Source: Trichomonas gallinae (taxonomy: Eukaryota). From it: a stretch of 64,000 nt of DNA. Position 1 is the first letter of the stretch. Each line of letters starts with the position of its first letter. The stretch is taken from the NCBI GenBank assembly GCA_008369845.1, contig MRSU01003007.1:1-64000 (forward strand), read 5' to 3'. This document shows positions 45,501 to 56,102 of this stretch, piece after piece. A model generated the notes under the pieces. That model was given only the letters and a program-made list of their open reading frames with translations, was not told the origin of the DNA and ran no database searches. A program made the translations under genes and the position numbers.

Positions 45501-48500
45501 TGGATCTACTGAATCTAAAACTATTCCAGAAAGATTATGAACTAATAATGAATACTGTGGATTGACTTGTGATGGATCTCCAAAGTTTGATGTTGTCGCA
45601 ATTCCGAAGATATCTTTGAAAATATTCGTGAAACAAAAAGTCGAATCTTGGACTGTCAGCCACTGTTTTATTGCGTGTGCTTGCTCTGATAAAGTCATGT
45701 TCTTCATGTAATTCATGAGATTGTTGTATTTCTCTGGCAACTCTTCTTGCAAAAGTTTGTTGATTTCTGTAAGTTTTCCAAGGTTTTCATCTTTTAATTC
45801 TGTCAATTCTTTTTCTTTTGCTTGACAGTCTTTTAATTTAGAATCAAGCATAGCCACACGTTTAGCTAAATCAGATTCACTTATTTCTACCATTGTATTC
45901 GCTTTATCACCAATGTCAAGCTTTGATTTTAATGAAGTAATATTTTGCATGAATTGGATAATGATGTTTATTTCAGACGTCAAATCTGAAAATCTGTCGT
46001 TAAACAATCTCCAAAGATTCCTCGCCATTGTGTCATGTTCCTGGTTCTTTAATGAGCAATATGGTGCAACACGCTCAATGTATTGATTAGTTGACTGCAA
46101 AACGCTGTCATTCATCGACTTATTCGGTCTCAAAACAATCATTTTTCCACTGAACAATTCAGGAATTTTCAAAAGCTGATCTTCATCGCAAATGACAAAG
46201 AAATTTATCATTTTGAGTAATTCATCGAATGATTCTTTTGTTGTACCTTCACTGTTTATGTAGCTGCTTAGAATTATAAATTCGTTTTGGTCAAAAACTG
46301 TTGAAGAAGAAGGAGCCTCAGAGTTGTACATGAAGAAATTCAAATAATTGAAAACAGTGTTCCAATCTAAGATATTCATATCGATGATAAATGTTGTCCT
46401 TGTTTTGTTCTGTGAGACTTTAACTAATGCTTTGAATAAACCGACTTTAAAATCACCATCGAGGACAACAAATTCAGTGTTTTTGACCCATCTGAAATAG
46501 CAGAAAGTGTCAAGTACCATAATTGCATTGATATGAAGTAAAATAACTTCATGGATGATAGAAACAAAGTTGAAATCTCTAGGCAATGTTGCTGCTGAAA
46601 AGTTATGGTTCTGGAATTCAATAATATTCTGTTCTGTTATAGCATAACCTTTCGCAACTTTCATAGCCAAATCTATTCCGAAGAAAATCGAGAAAACTCT
46701 GAAGAAAGATTCAATGGTGTCAATGTTTTGATTGATCTCAATAAAACTCTTAACGACAGCAGGTTTGTCGTAGCTTTCTAAAATATTTTTGACGATTTCT
46801 AAATTGTTGCCAAAAATTATATTCGTTTCGAGTTTTGACCAATCAATTTTGTTGGCGTCTTGTTGCTCAATGATATGAATAGGAATCTTCATCTCATAGA
46901 AAGGCTTCGGATCTGATGTTGTTATCATTAACCTGATTCTCTCAACTTTGTAATATATTCCATCGACTGGATTTTTGATGGTTTTGAATGCCATGAAAGC
47001 TTTGACGAATTCTTTGATTTCAGGAATTGCATTTTGATAATCGAAAATACAAATCCAGAGCTCTTTTCCATTCTTTGGGCCATATAAACCTCTTGATATA
47101 AATTTTAAAGCTTGGAATATTGTTTTGTTGAGATTGTCGTTGAAAGATGATGAATAGAAAATAGCATCTTTTCTTGTTAGTTTTCTTGCATTGACGAAAT
47201 CTTTGGTGAACGATCTTTTTCCTGAAGACAAACTTCCACTAACAATGAATGGCATGTATGCGTTCATTGGGGTCTTTAGGATCTTTTCTTCAGTGATCAT
47301 TGCTTGTTTGTATTGATGAGTGAAAACAAACTCCATCAATTTCGAGATCGATATTGAATTATCATGTGCAATTATGTATCTGATGATATTCGTGTTTTTA
47401 ATCAGCATAGAAATATGCTGTGAATCAGATAGATGCTCATTATGCTGAACCATTCCTTCAACAAATGCTTTGTATTCTATTTGTGACTGAACAATGTGCT
47501 TTTCTTGTGCTAAAATTGAAGCATAATCATTAACAGTCCAATCATTAATAATTATTGCATCAATTGTTTGTTCATCAATATTCTTGTATATCGCGAAATA
47601 AATTGGCCTGTATTCAGCTATTGTTATCACGCAGACAGAGTCGGAAACATGCTGAGCGGTGATAGTTATTTTATGAATTTTCTCTCCGAAGGCCAAGTAA
47701 ATCAATGATTGAGCAATGAAAACATTTGGACAAACAATCATTATAGGCTTCGAATAAGCTCTGATTGGGAAGTCCTGCATGTAAGCTTTAGAAGATACAG
47801 TGTCTAATTGATGAACTTGCTCTCTAATTGCGTTGACTTTGTTAACAATTGTTTCTGGAATTTCGATATTTGCAGGTTCGTCGAATTTCACAAACTTTCC
47901 AGTCAAAATAAATTCGTGGAAATCGAAGAAAATTCTTGTCTTCTTGTTTCCTGTGTTAACCTCATTTGTTTGATTGATAATATTATCATAGTTTGATCTT
48001 AAAATTGCCCTAGAGATTAAATCAACGTCAGTTATCTTTGGCAAATTTTTGACGCTCTTGATTTGCAAGATTTTAGAAATCAATTCTGAATTTGACTCAT
48101 TTATCAAGTGAACTGGCCGATATCTTTGCTTGAGCCATGCTGGAACTTGTTCCACATTTATATGTATCAAGAATGACTTGTCTTGAATAGAAAGTTGATG
48201 AAATCCTTCTTCGTCTTTGACGATTTTTGCTTTTTCGCCAATACTTTGGAAAAATTCATTGATTTGCGGTGTAATAACTGGTAATTCGTTGACATTGATA
48301 ATAGCGTTAATCTTAGATGCAGCAACAATGAAGTTATCCATCAAATCATAGGAAATGTCGAAAACTGGCATCGCAATAAAATCAGCAAAAACTTTCAAAA
48401 CGTTTCTATTCTGTGAAAATTGTTTCACGAAGTAAAGCATTGGATCAGTTAAAGCATGAGCGTAATTAACGAAAGCCTGCTCTTCTCCATCAGATAATGG

Positions 48501-51500
48501 GAACAGTCTTGGTTCTGTAACTAGTTCGCTGTAATATGGCAATGACTGATTGTCAGCGTAAGTCACCAAAATATCACCATATTGACTTCTCGTATGGAAA
48601 ATGTGTTTTCTGAATTTCAATGATTCAGGAGTAATATGTGCTTCGCTCTCAAAATCGGACAAAATGTCTCTGTGCCTCATCTTTAAGGCTAATAAAAGAG
48701 AAATTAAAACAGATTTGTCAGGGAAATATTGTAATTCTTTCGTCAAGAATTTGATGGATTCCTGACAATGTTGGTTCAACAAAAGCCAGTCAACTTTCGA
48801 ATATTCTCGGTTGAAGACTTCATTGATCGTGTTCATGAAGAAAGCGTTTTCTGAGACTAATACTGATTGAGCTGGATACTTTGAATACCATTTGGATATG
48901 TCTGTGTATTCGCGAGAAATGTAGGCGTCGTTTATTGACATTTTCACTGAGTTTTTCATTTCTTTTTCGATGACATTCAACAGACCAGTTATTGAATATT
49001 TAGCGACAGGAAAAACACCAGCGAACAGATAAGTTTCACCAACCAAATTCGTGATTCCAACAATGCTTTCTTCGTCAGCCATAGAAATTTGAACTTTGGA
49101 AAGCGACGGGAAAATCGGCCTCAAGTCATCTACACTTGACTTCAAGTTTGAGCATCCCAGAATTATGTTCGCTATTTGCTGATCTGTAGCGAAATATAAT
49201 CTAGGGAATTCTCTTCTTTGGATGTCAAACATGTCTTTGAGTTCTTCGATAACAAAATTGCATCTTTTTGTCGCTTCAGTTAAAATGTTCACCAAAAAAT
49301 CGCCAATGAATTTCGCTGGATCAGCATTTGTTATTTTAAGAAGTATATCCGATGATATTGCAGGTGATTGCGATTGCTGGCTCATTAATGATTTCTGGCT
49401 TGTAAAAGCTGACAAAGATTTCATCGAAGTAATTGCGTCGATTTCATTTTTGTTTATTTCCGATTGTAGTCTTTCTTCGACTCTTGGGATGAGACTCTTA
49501 ATATGTGGATCTGTAGTGATTTTTTCCAGGAAGGAAAGGAACCAGTTCTTGATGTGCTGGATGTGTAAATACTCAGAAGAAAAGTGTAGAGATTCAAAAG
49601 AAATTGTTAAAGATTTCATGTTGATATATTGGGACTGGAAGCCAATCAGAGCGTTTAATATTGCAACAGCTTGGTTTAATTCGTGTTTCCAGACTTCAGC
49701 TCTGAGTTTGATTGAATCAAAATATTCTGAATGAGAAGCATTCTCGATGTAGACTAAATAGTTCTGGCATGTTGATATATATTCGTCAAGGATTGGAAAA
49801 CTAATGATTTTGTGTCCTGCAATGCTTGATTTAACGAATTTGAAAATTAAGCTTGAATATTCGTCGTGGAACTGATTGAATGTATTAATCATGTCTTCTC
49901 TTTGTTGCATGTTAAGAATATATCCTCTAATTTCATCAAATCTTTCATTTATGCTTGGATTAAGAATTTTTCGAATTGGAAGGAATTTGAAGGTTTCATA
50001 TGACTGCTTGATTATTTTGCAGAAGCCAAACCATCTTTCTGTATTAAATTGCACTTTAGATATCATATGGAACAACGGTTGATATTCGTATAACTGACTG
50101 AAATGCACTGCCATCCTATCAAACAGTGAATTATTGATGTTCTTTAGGTCAATTTCATTGTAACTACCGAGAAACTCCAAAACTCTGTTGATATCGATTT
50201 CGATCATTTTTGAATCCATAATAAAGTTGAATTCATCCATAAATTTCTGATAATCATTCCAATATTGCATTAATTTCTTCAATTCAGCTTCTGTTCTGTC
50301 CAATTGCGAAAATTCGTAGCCAGAATAATTTAATCTACTCGCAGTGTTAACGAATTCCTTAATTCTTCCTTTCAATGCGTTAATCTTGTCGATACATTCA
50401 TTGATATCTGAGATTGCAACGCTTGGAGACTGATTTGGATCCATTTGCGAAAATTGTCCGCGTAATTGACGGCCAAAGATGCCAATTTTCTTCTCTATGT
50501 CTTTCTGCTGCTCCAATAGGATCGAATTGATGTAATTTTTTTGATTGAACATGATATTTTGAGAATCATTCAAAACTTTCTTGAAATTATCAATAACTGT
50601 TGTGACTTCATCGAGACTTTGCGATAAAATTGGTGTCAGAAAGTCTCCCATTTCAAGGGCTTTGTCATAAATCGAATGAACAATCGCCATATTGTTATTT
50701 AATTCAGGAAGAAAGCCAACAGCATTAGAAATTCCTAGGTTGAAGACAGCCAAGTCTTCTAGTGTTTCTCCATTGAGTTTCAGTGCATCTGCTCTTTGTT
50801 TTACATCAGAAATTATATTTTGACAAATAATTTTGTAATTTCTGAATAAAATTGTATTATTGTCATCTATTAACTTGTCAACGATGATTTTAAGATCATC
50901 CTGCAAAGAGTGGGCCTCAAGATTGATCATTTGATGGGAATAATTCATCTTGAATGAATAAGCTGATTCTTTTAACTTGTTGAGATCTGAAAGGTTATTA
51001 ATGAACACAGTGAGATCATTGCATGTGTTTTTAAGCGTCTGCCATTGATTATTCATTTCATATATTTTGTGTGTTGTGTTTTTATAGTCGAGAAGTGTTT
51101 TGTAAGCTAAGTCATAGCTTTCTTTCAACGCATCCAAGAACGTATTCAAGTATTTGTTGAAAATTTGATCATTTTTCAAAATTAATCTTAAAGGTGTTCG
51201 ATTTTGCATGTCTTCCTCCGACATGTGGATTTCTCCCTTCATATCAATGCAAATTGGACGAATATACGAATGAAAATATCTTAAATATAATTCTAATGTT
51301 TGATTAATGAGTTCTTTGACTTCATCAAAACTCGGAGATAAGCAAATTGAGTTGTTGAGGAATGTTAAATATACCTTAAACGTAATTTCAAAATTTGGTT
51401 TGATAAAAATATCGCAAAGTTTCTTTGCTTCCCTTCTGAATAAGTCAAGCATCAGATCAATAATGTTTTGATCACACGTAGCCATGAAAGGCTTCAAAGC

Positions 51501-52823
51501 TTTCACGTGATTAAACGCAATATCGATTCTTCTTTGTCTTGCTTGTTTAACGAGCTCTTCTTCGACAATGCTTAAGCCGTGTTTATACAAACATGTGGCT
51601 CCGACAAGTAATTCAGATGGAATTTTCTTATCATGAATAAAATCAATGCTTCTTGGTGTTGATTCGAATAAATATTTGTCATATAAGGCTTCTGCAAACT
51701 CTTTTAGTAGTTTTGTCGTTTGTTTTGAACATTCTTGAATAATTCTCAAATCTTTCTCCGCTGAGTCTTCAAAATCGCGTTTCATCACGTTAAAGTAGTG
51801 AACCTTGACTGTGTTCATTGGAAATAGCTCGCATTGATTTAATTGCTGAATTAACTTTCTAAACTCAAAAAACTTCGGCGGCAGAGGTCCTTTCGTGATC
51901 CACGCTTTATCTGAAACGTAATCTTTCTTTTTGCTGAATAATTTTCTAATTGTTCGAATTTTCCAAATATTGAACGATTTATAGAGCTTGAATTGCGCGA
52001 AAACATTTATTTTCGATATCATGTTAAATGTAGTTTTCTCTTGAAGGAAATTATTCATTGCAGTAAATTCTGAATATCCATTATTCTGTAAAACCATGAC
52101 ACCAGCCTTCGAAATCGCCTGGAAGTCACCTTCTATAGGTGCAAATGGAAGAACTTGGAAGGTATACCTGTTATCTTTATCCAGTGAGCCGAATTGAAAT
52201 AAAACATCTTTTGCCTCATCATCATTCTTTGAGACGTAAGCAATGGCATCATTTTGGTCAACCATCTTGCTAAAGTTGAGTTTAGGTGTGGTTTCACTGA
52301 GTGATGAAAGATTTACTGTAGTTTCAGAAACTGGAGCGTTTTTTAATTCGTCAGCTATCTTTTTTTGTATTGGATCCAGTACAACTGTCGTATTTTGTAG
52401 TGATTTGCGTCTCGGACAGCTCGATCTAGTTGTTTTTGGTGCGTGAATTTTTGATAAATCGACTTCTGGAATCCTACTAAATGTTTTGTTATTCATAGTG
52501 TATTGTGTAGTAAGTTGGTAGCGTTTTTGTATGTAGTTTATTTTCTCATTTCGTTTAGGTTCTAGATGATATTCGTATTTTAATTCTGGAAATACTGATA
52601 AGAAGAGAGATTCTGGAAATTTATCGTTAAATTCTCTTATTGATTTGACTTTTGATATTAGTTTAGTTGTTTGAGGCGTAGGACTGAATTCTGATTTCGA
52701 ATTCGCTAATTTGACGAAGAATGAGCGAAAATCAATCCACTCATAATCTCCATCAGCAGATTTATTCTGTATCTTCCTCAAAAATTCGGACATTCGCTGG
52801 TGAATTTCCTCCAACGAAGTCAT
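42501..52823 (-). CDS. Highly divergent dynein heavy chain (inner-arm/DNAH6-like tail), 3440 aa, with degenerate P-loops
   Basis: ISKAGV...EFT...FAQFKLYKSFNIWK tail, QRREFPRLYF linker, VGETY, IEKEMKNSVK, YPAQ, HRDIL, YYSELVTEPRLFPLS, RGLYGPKNGKELWICIFD and stalk-like coiled coils, all in canonical order. Confidence 0.85.
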   Translation of the reverse strand: MTSLEEIHQRMSEFLRKIQNKSADGDYEWIDFRSFFVKLANSKSEFSPTPQTTKLISKVKSIREFNDKFPESLFLSVFPELKYEYHLEPKRNEKINYIQKRYQLTTQYTMNNKTFSRIPEVDLSKIHAPKTTRSSCPRRKSLQNTTVVLDPIQKKIADELKNAPVSETTVNLSSLSETTPKLNFSKMVDQNDAIAYVSKNDDEAKDVLFQFGSLDKDNRYTFQVLPFAPIEGDFQAISKAGVMVLQNNGYSEFTAMNNFLQEKTTFNMISKINVFAQFKLYKSFNIWKIRTIRKLFSKKKDYVSDKAWITKGPLPPKFFEFRKLIQQLNQCELFPMNTVKVHYFNVMKRDFEDSAEKDLRIIQECSKQTTKLLKEFAEALYDKYLFESTPRSIDFIHDKKIPSELLVGATCLYKHGLSIVEEELVKQARQRRIDIAFNHVKALKPFMATCDQNIIDLMLDLFRREAKKLCDIFIKPNFEITFKVYLTFLNNSICLSPSFDEVKELINQTLELYLRYFHSYIRPICIDMKGEIHMSEEDMQNRTPLRLILKNDQIFNKYLNTFLDALKESYDLAYKTLLDYKNTTHKIYEMNNQWQTLKNTCNDLTVFINNLSDLNKLKESAYSFKMNYSHQMINLEAHSLQDDLKIIVDKLIDDNNTILFRNYKIICQNIISDVKQRADALKLNGETLEDLAVFNLGISNAVGFLPELNNNMAIVHSIYDKALEMGDFLTPILSQSLDEVTTVIDNFKKVLNDSQNIMFNQKNYINSILLEQQKDIEKKIGIFGRQLRGQFSQMDPNQSPSVAISDINECIDKINALKGRIKEFVNTASRLNYSGYEFSQLDRTEAELKKLMQYWNDYQKFMDEFNFIMDSKMIEIDINRVLEFLGSYNEIDLKNINNSLFDRMAVHFSQLYEYQPLFHMISKVQFNTERWFGFCKIIKQSYETFKFLPIRKILNPSINERFDEIRGYILNMQQREDMINTFNQFHDEYSSLIFKFVKSSIAGHKIISFPILDEYISTCQNYLVYIENASHSEYFDSIKLRAEVWKHELNQAVAILNALIGFQSQYINMKSLTISFESLHFSSEYLHIQHIKNWFLSFLEKITTDPHIKSLIPRVEERLQSEINKNEIDAITSMKSLSAFTSQKSLMSQQSQSPAISSDILLKITNADPAKFIGDFLVNILTEATKRCNFVIEELKDMFDIQRREFPRLYFATDQQIANIILGCSNLKSSVDDLRPIFPSLSKVQISMADEESIVGITNLVGETYLFAGVFPVAKYSITGLLNVIEKEMKNSVKMSINDAYISREYTDISKWYSKYPAQSVLVSENAFFMNTINEVFNREYSKVDWLLLNQHCQESIKFLTKELQYFPDKSVLISLLLALKMRHRDILSDFESEAHITPESLKFRKHIFHTRSQYGDILVTYADNQSLPYYSELVTEPRLFPLSDGEEQAFVNYAHALTDPMLYFVKQFSQNRNVLKVFADFIAMPVFDISYDLMDNFIVAASKINAIINVNELPVITPQINEFFQSIGEKAKIVKDEEGFHQLSIQDKSFLIHINVEQVPAWLKQRYRPVHLINESNSELISKILQIKSVKNLPKITDVDLISRAILRSNYDNIINQTNEVNTGNKKTRIFFDFHEFILTGKFVKFDEPANIEIPETIVNKVNAIREQVHQLDTVSSKAYMQDFPIRAYSKPIMIVCPNVFIAQSLIYLAFGEKIHKITITAQHVSDSVCVITIAEYRPIYFAIYKNIDEQTIDAIIINDWTVNDYASILAQEKHIVQSQIEYKAFVEGMVQHNEHLSDSQHISMLIKNTNIIRYIIAHDNSISISKLMEFVFTHQYKQAMITEEKILKTPMNAYMPFIVSGSLSSGKRSFTKDFVNARKLTRKDAIFYSSSFNDNLNKTIFQALKFISRGLYGPKNGKELWICIFDYQNAIPEIKEFVKAFMAFKTIKNPVDGIYYKVERIRLMITTSDPKPFYEMKIPIHIIEQQDANKIDWSKLETNIIFGNNLEIVKNILESYDKPAVVKSFIEINQNIDTIESFFRVFSIFFGIDLAMKVAKGYAITEQNIIEFQNHNFSAATLPRDFNFVSIIHEVILLHINAIMVLDTFCYFRWVKNTEFVVLDGDFKVGLFKALVKVSQNKTRTTFIIDMNILDWNTVFNYLNFFMYNSEAPSSSTVFDQNEFIILSSYINSEGTTKESFDELLKMINFFVICDEDQLLKIPELFSGKMIVLRPNKSMNDSVLQSTNQYIERVAPYCSLKNQEHDTMARNLWRLFNDRFSDLTSEINIIIQFMQNITSLKSKLDIGDKANTMVEISESDLAKRVAMLDSKLKDCQAKEKELTELKDENLGKLTEINKLLQEELPEKYNNLMNYMKNMTLSEQAHAIKQWLTVQDSTFCFTNIFKDIFGIATTSNFGDPSQVNPQYSLLVHNLSGIVLDSVDPNIVAKIAKFNLKGENNYTNLMKSSNFGETKLSNIPIANNIVGCLCYIVQAINLQDERKIISQELTNLNSRIKTNKQLLNGYRQQFEEASETMKRLNGVSECPSWLLKAWENDSNDVKRLFSQIDSFLEVINYVLTDSIEAERLIKQYTAIQVAYSSGISALNIEKRKELLTDLGLTMFLSPFDFVKHHMIMQMFFPVKNIKSLFTVCDSEERTQTKLSMKTAQLFNVIEFLDLIAFNNLLPLSPIFYNEKERDNTNLIPEPMTIYYDPQNICQQLLIANYNCKILFTSSEYLESLISAISAGETIIVVIDSLESGLAFCDQISNIQILLQATRTVQYKNNSKPVSFSFRMFVISLVPKEGFVNKKNVTFADFSMKEPENTLWFEIACVLSSNKKLFDDFVSSIDRISIKTIDFYQLIQKLTEMSHDSWPEYFDNNLKMMNLRKSLDSLVQLKKDITSSCADLDMVLKEIHKFTTFVTLCKYVVKDVKSPNAVFQLLLSIKDRAKTNMTPQTSVRDFEEILVTFTSLLPAPDRLHFIANFEHYRMKEFVDGRNLLLQGTFPNIHSKQLRMVMPQLINHIMSILTLTPKTFFTHPAKANIPQLNNYPVVIAVDKIIPADYVAKFVKSSIKAKSMVIGSFYSHILDKPQTIDKLIQYIKGKGEVLIIIVDELLDYFMIPSILNFTHLHNFTSFYFIIPEELLDRIPIIPSALYYKFSRPCTIGGISQYIEEVSPNVTEMRRYDGPLIYLLMTISQRNDCTIPMLQIPAIARTVREIFTNGKFGDDSTRETVEKFTESIICSYLDDEVLRESMMTLIKYFFSEKEPRIPGVSRVDINNDAVYKSETPIIPVNSGMTLNFGELVSDKEPFGWREKIGSQTLYFELNERQKPIISEVESESDGFDQSESNEKIEEKNDEELYNGTLIKGAKLSNALLNNGYLSIIGDNLLDIYAYKKNLDSPRLDNLVKVGVYDGNQYIGYIYIPCTTDQQIWQMSAIRIYLPEI

Positions 52824-53539
52824 TTTTATAAATCGTTACTAATTTTGTAATCATTTTCTGTCATGTAAACAGTTTACAAAAATCATTCTTGTAAACCCCC
52901 TATTTTCTTGTTACTCCCCCTACATTGGGCACAGGATTCCATTTCACTTTGCATACTTATTATATATCTATTGTATCACTATTTTAATATTGAGATGCTA
53001 TGTGCCACAAAATAGTTTCATGTTATAAATACAAATTCGCTATTTAATATTATTAGGATTGTTTAAATATTTGACATGTAAGTAATTTACAAAAAATCAA
53101 TTCATTTATTTCTTCTATTATATATCTATTGTATCCAGTAATTATAGCATTACCTCAATATGATAATTATAAGGATGCAAACTTCCATGATATGGAGTCT
53201 TGTCATTGATGCAAATAAGCTAATAATATCATTTTAATTTTCCTATATGTGACATGTAAAAGATTTTAAAAATTTTCATGAAAAAAGAAAAAAATTATTT
53301 TTAATTGTTTATAGCAGGTTCTGCTGATTAGTTTTACAAAATAATCACGTTTATATCTCTATAATAAGTCATTGTATATAATATATAGTTATTGCATTTC
53401 ATTTTCTATCACATATAGAACTACATTGCAAAAACAACTTTGATGATAATTTTCATTATAATTATTTTGCCATGTAATTATTTCAAATATGTTTGTAAAA
53501 TGACAAAATGACAAATGTAAAGGTTGACAATTTTTAACA

Positions 53540-53953
53540 ATGAGTTACGAAGTTCCAAGAAACTTTAGATTGTTGGAAGAATTAGAAGTTGGCGAGAAAG
53601 AACAAGATCTTCCAGCTGGCATTTCTTTCGGTTTAGAAGACCCCGCTGATGCTACACTTACAAATTGGATTGGATCAATCATCGGTCACCCACAAACAGC
53701 ATTTGCCAATCGCTTAATCTCTATCCGTATCTCTTGTGGCCAAAAGTATCCGAAACAGGCTCCATTCGTCAAATTCATCACAAAAGTCAATCTTCCGTTC
53801 GTTGATCCAGTTGGCAACATCATCCTTGACAAGTTCCCAACACTCGGTCGCTGGAATCAAGAAACAACAATTCTCAAGATTTTAACAGATATTTCTCTCC
53901 TCATGAAGAAATACGGACTCACACAGCAGCCACCAGAAGGCTCAACATACTAA
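53540..53953 (+). CDS. Ubiquitin-conjugating enzyme E2 variant (UEV1/Mms2-like)
   Basis: VPRNFRLLEELExGEK, ISFGLED, WIGSIIG, CGQKYP and KFITKVNLPFV; no E2 catalytic Cys. Confidence 0.93.
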   Translation: MSYEVPRNFRLLEELEVGEKEQDLPAGISFGLEDPADATLTNWIGSIIGHPQTAFANRLISIRISCGQKYPKQAPFVKFITKVNLPFVDPVGNIILDKFPTLGRWNQETTILKILTDISLLMKKYGLTQQPPEGSTY

Positions 53954-54245
53954 ATAGATTAGTCGTGTTTTTAATAAATTTCAACCTAGATATAATTTTT
54001 TATCACATTTTTTTAAAGTTACTTAATGATAACATAGAAAATCCATGAAATTCCGAAACAATTGTCAAAGTATATTGAATGAAATGAGAAAATAATAAAA
54101 AATATAAAATATTTTTAACAAAATAAACAATCTGGTGAAAACTACATACAATACTAATATACTGACAAAATACATAATATACAATGAATATTTAATACAA
54201 ACAAAAATAAAATATTAAAAATCTCATATAAATATATAAATTGAA

Positions 54246-55556
54246 TTATTTCCCAGGCATTTTTGCTGCCTTTTCATCATCTCTTGTTCTAGTTCTGCGA
54301 GTTAAGAACTGCAGAGCCTCAAACCTAACATCAGGAGTCAAAGTTGTTTCTTCGATTTGCTTTCTCCTCACTTTTACTTCAGAGTTCACCAATATATGGT
54401 CAACGTATTCATCCAACGCTTTCCTGCCTCTCATTGGCGTTGTTTCGACTTTCTTCGTTGATTCGACTTCTTTTGCTAATTCTAGTGTGATTGCCGGGTC
54501 TTCGTGATATATTCCGTGCCTTTGGTTGTCATTCATCTGTTCAATGAAAATGTTCATGTTTTTAGGCGATGACTTCAAAACTGCGTCTTTCTTGGTTTTT
54601 ATGTTCATCTGTTCTATCTTTGAATGCCTTGAAAGCTTGGCCTGCTTAATCGCTATGTCATGAAGCACGTCTCTTAGACTTCCTGCGACATCTCGATTTA
54701 ATGCAGCGGTTATATAACTCCTGGCCCCGGAATTGTCAATGGTATAGGCATAATCTTTATCATTCTCTATTGGTGGGTAAGTGAACTTAATTGAGTGTTT
54801 TAAAGCCAGTGGATTATGAGACATAGCGTGAGACGTGCCTATTAGCATCAGCTGGGACCTGGTTTGGGTCTGCCTTGGCGCGTATTCATCGAATCTTTGC
54901 GTGTCTTCAATTTCGAGCATTATTTGCTCCTCTTCTTCTTCGTGTGGTGGATCTGGGTGTTTCACGTCATCTTCACCGAATAATATCATCATTCTTTCCT
55001 CTATGTAGCTTCTAAGTGGTCTGATCGTCGTGAAAATGTATACAACACGTAATGTTATATCTGTTCGCGAAGGAATTAAAATTAGCTTGTTTTCTTTACC
55101 ATTTATCTTGTTTTCTTCTTGTATTGTTTCATTTATGTGTGCGTAAACGAATAAAACTGTGTGAGATAAGCAATAAGGAAGATTTTCCATGAAATGATCG
55201 AAAAATGTACGAGATCGAGTTGTTTCGTAGATTAAATTATACGTATTTTTCCATATGTCTAAGTTTTGAATCGTGAAATTAAATGTATCCTGTCCAAAAC
55301 AAAATGAGTGAACATCATTAAAGAGAATTGGTATTAGTGGCTCTAAATTCTTTTGATATTTCTCGAACATGATTCGCATGTTGTTTTCAACTTTGTTTCT
55401 GTTGCCAAAATTTACTCGATATAAAGTATCATCGTAAGCTTTGTGAGCAACTTCCAAAGTAACATAATCCTGAAGAGAAGCTGCTGTTGGAACCTCTGTT
55501 AATGCAAAAACTGCTTCCGTTGTCTTCTCTTTTTGCTCATTATCAAAATCAGACAT
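54246..55556 (-). CDS. Hypothetical protein (436 aa), possibly FAM227-like
   Basis: Clean ORF; FDHFMENLPYCLSHTV weakly recalls the FAM227/FWWh segment (family guess is low confidence). Confidence 0.65.
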   Translation of the reverse strand: MSDFDNEQKEKTTEAVFALTEVPTAASLQDYVTLEVAHKAYDDTLYRVNFGNRNKVENNMRIMFEKYQKNLEPLIPILFNDVHSFCFGQDTFNFTIQNLDIWKNTYNLIYETTRSRTFFDHFMENLPYCLSHTVLFVYAHINETIQEENKINGKENKLILIPSRTDITLRVVYIFTTIRPLRSYIEERMMILFGEDDVKHPDPPHEEEEEQIMLEIEDTQRFDEYAPRQTQTRSQLMLIGTSHAMSHNPLALKHSIKFTYPPIENDKDYAYTIDNSGARSYITAALNRDVAGSLRDVLHDIAIKQAKLSRHSKIEQMNIKTKKDAVLKSSPKNMNIFIEQMNDNQRHGIYHEDPAITLELAKEVESTKKVETTPMRGRKALDEYVDHILVNSEVKVRRKQIEETTLTPDVRFEALQFLTRRTRTRDDEKAAKMPGK

Positions 55557-56102
55557 AAAAATTTTAACAAAATTTTAGAAAAACGAATAAAATAACATTT
55601 TTATAGCATAATTAGGCAAATTATTTATGTTTTATTCATTTTTAAAAATATAATTCAAAATGAAAAAATAAACGGAAATATCTTGTGTATATACATTATA
55701 TTTCCTATATTTAAAATATTTTTGAAAAATAATTATATAAAATTCACCGAAAAATCTTTTGCGCGATTTCCATATATAGAATAATAATTTGCTTGTGAAC
55801 ACTAATAAGTATATATCCGCTAGAACCAAAATTTCATTTGTGCTATTTCAAATTAGTAGTGAGAAGAATTAATTATGGAGATTTTTCGTATTTAAAATGA
55901 AATATGTTTAAATTGAATTAAAGTTTGATTTTCATATTAGATTCATTAAATATAACCTATTTTATTAATGATTTTGTTCCAATTCCCAAAAAAAAAAATT
56001 TGAATAAAAACTTGATCAACGAATTTTAACTTTTGGAGATTAAATAATAAAATATAAGACAAAAATATATTCATAAATAACAAAATTTTTCATTTTCAGA
56101 GA

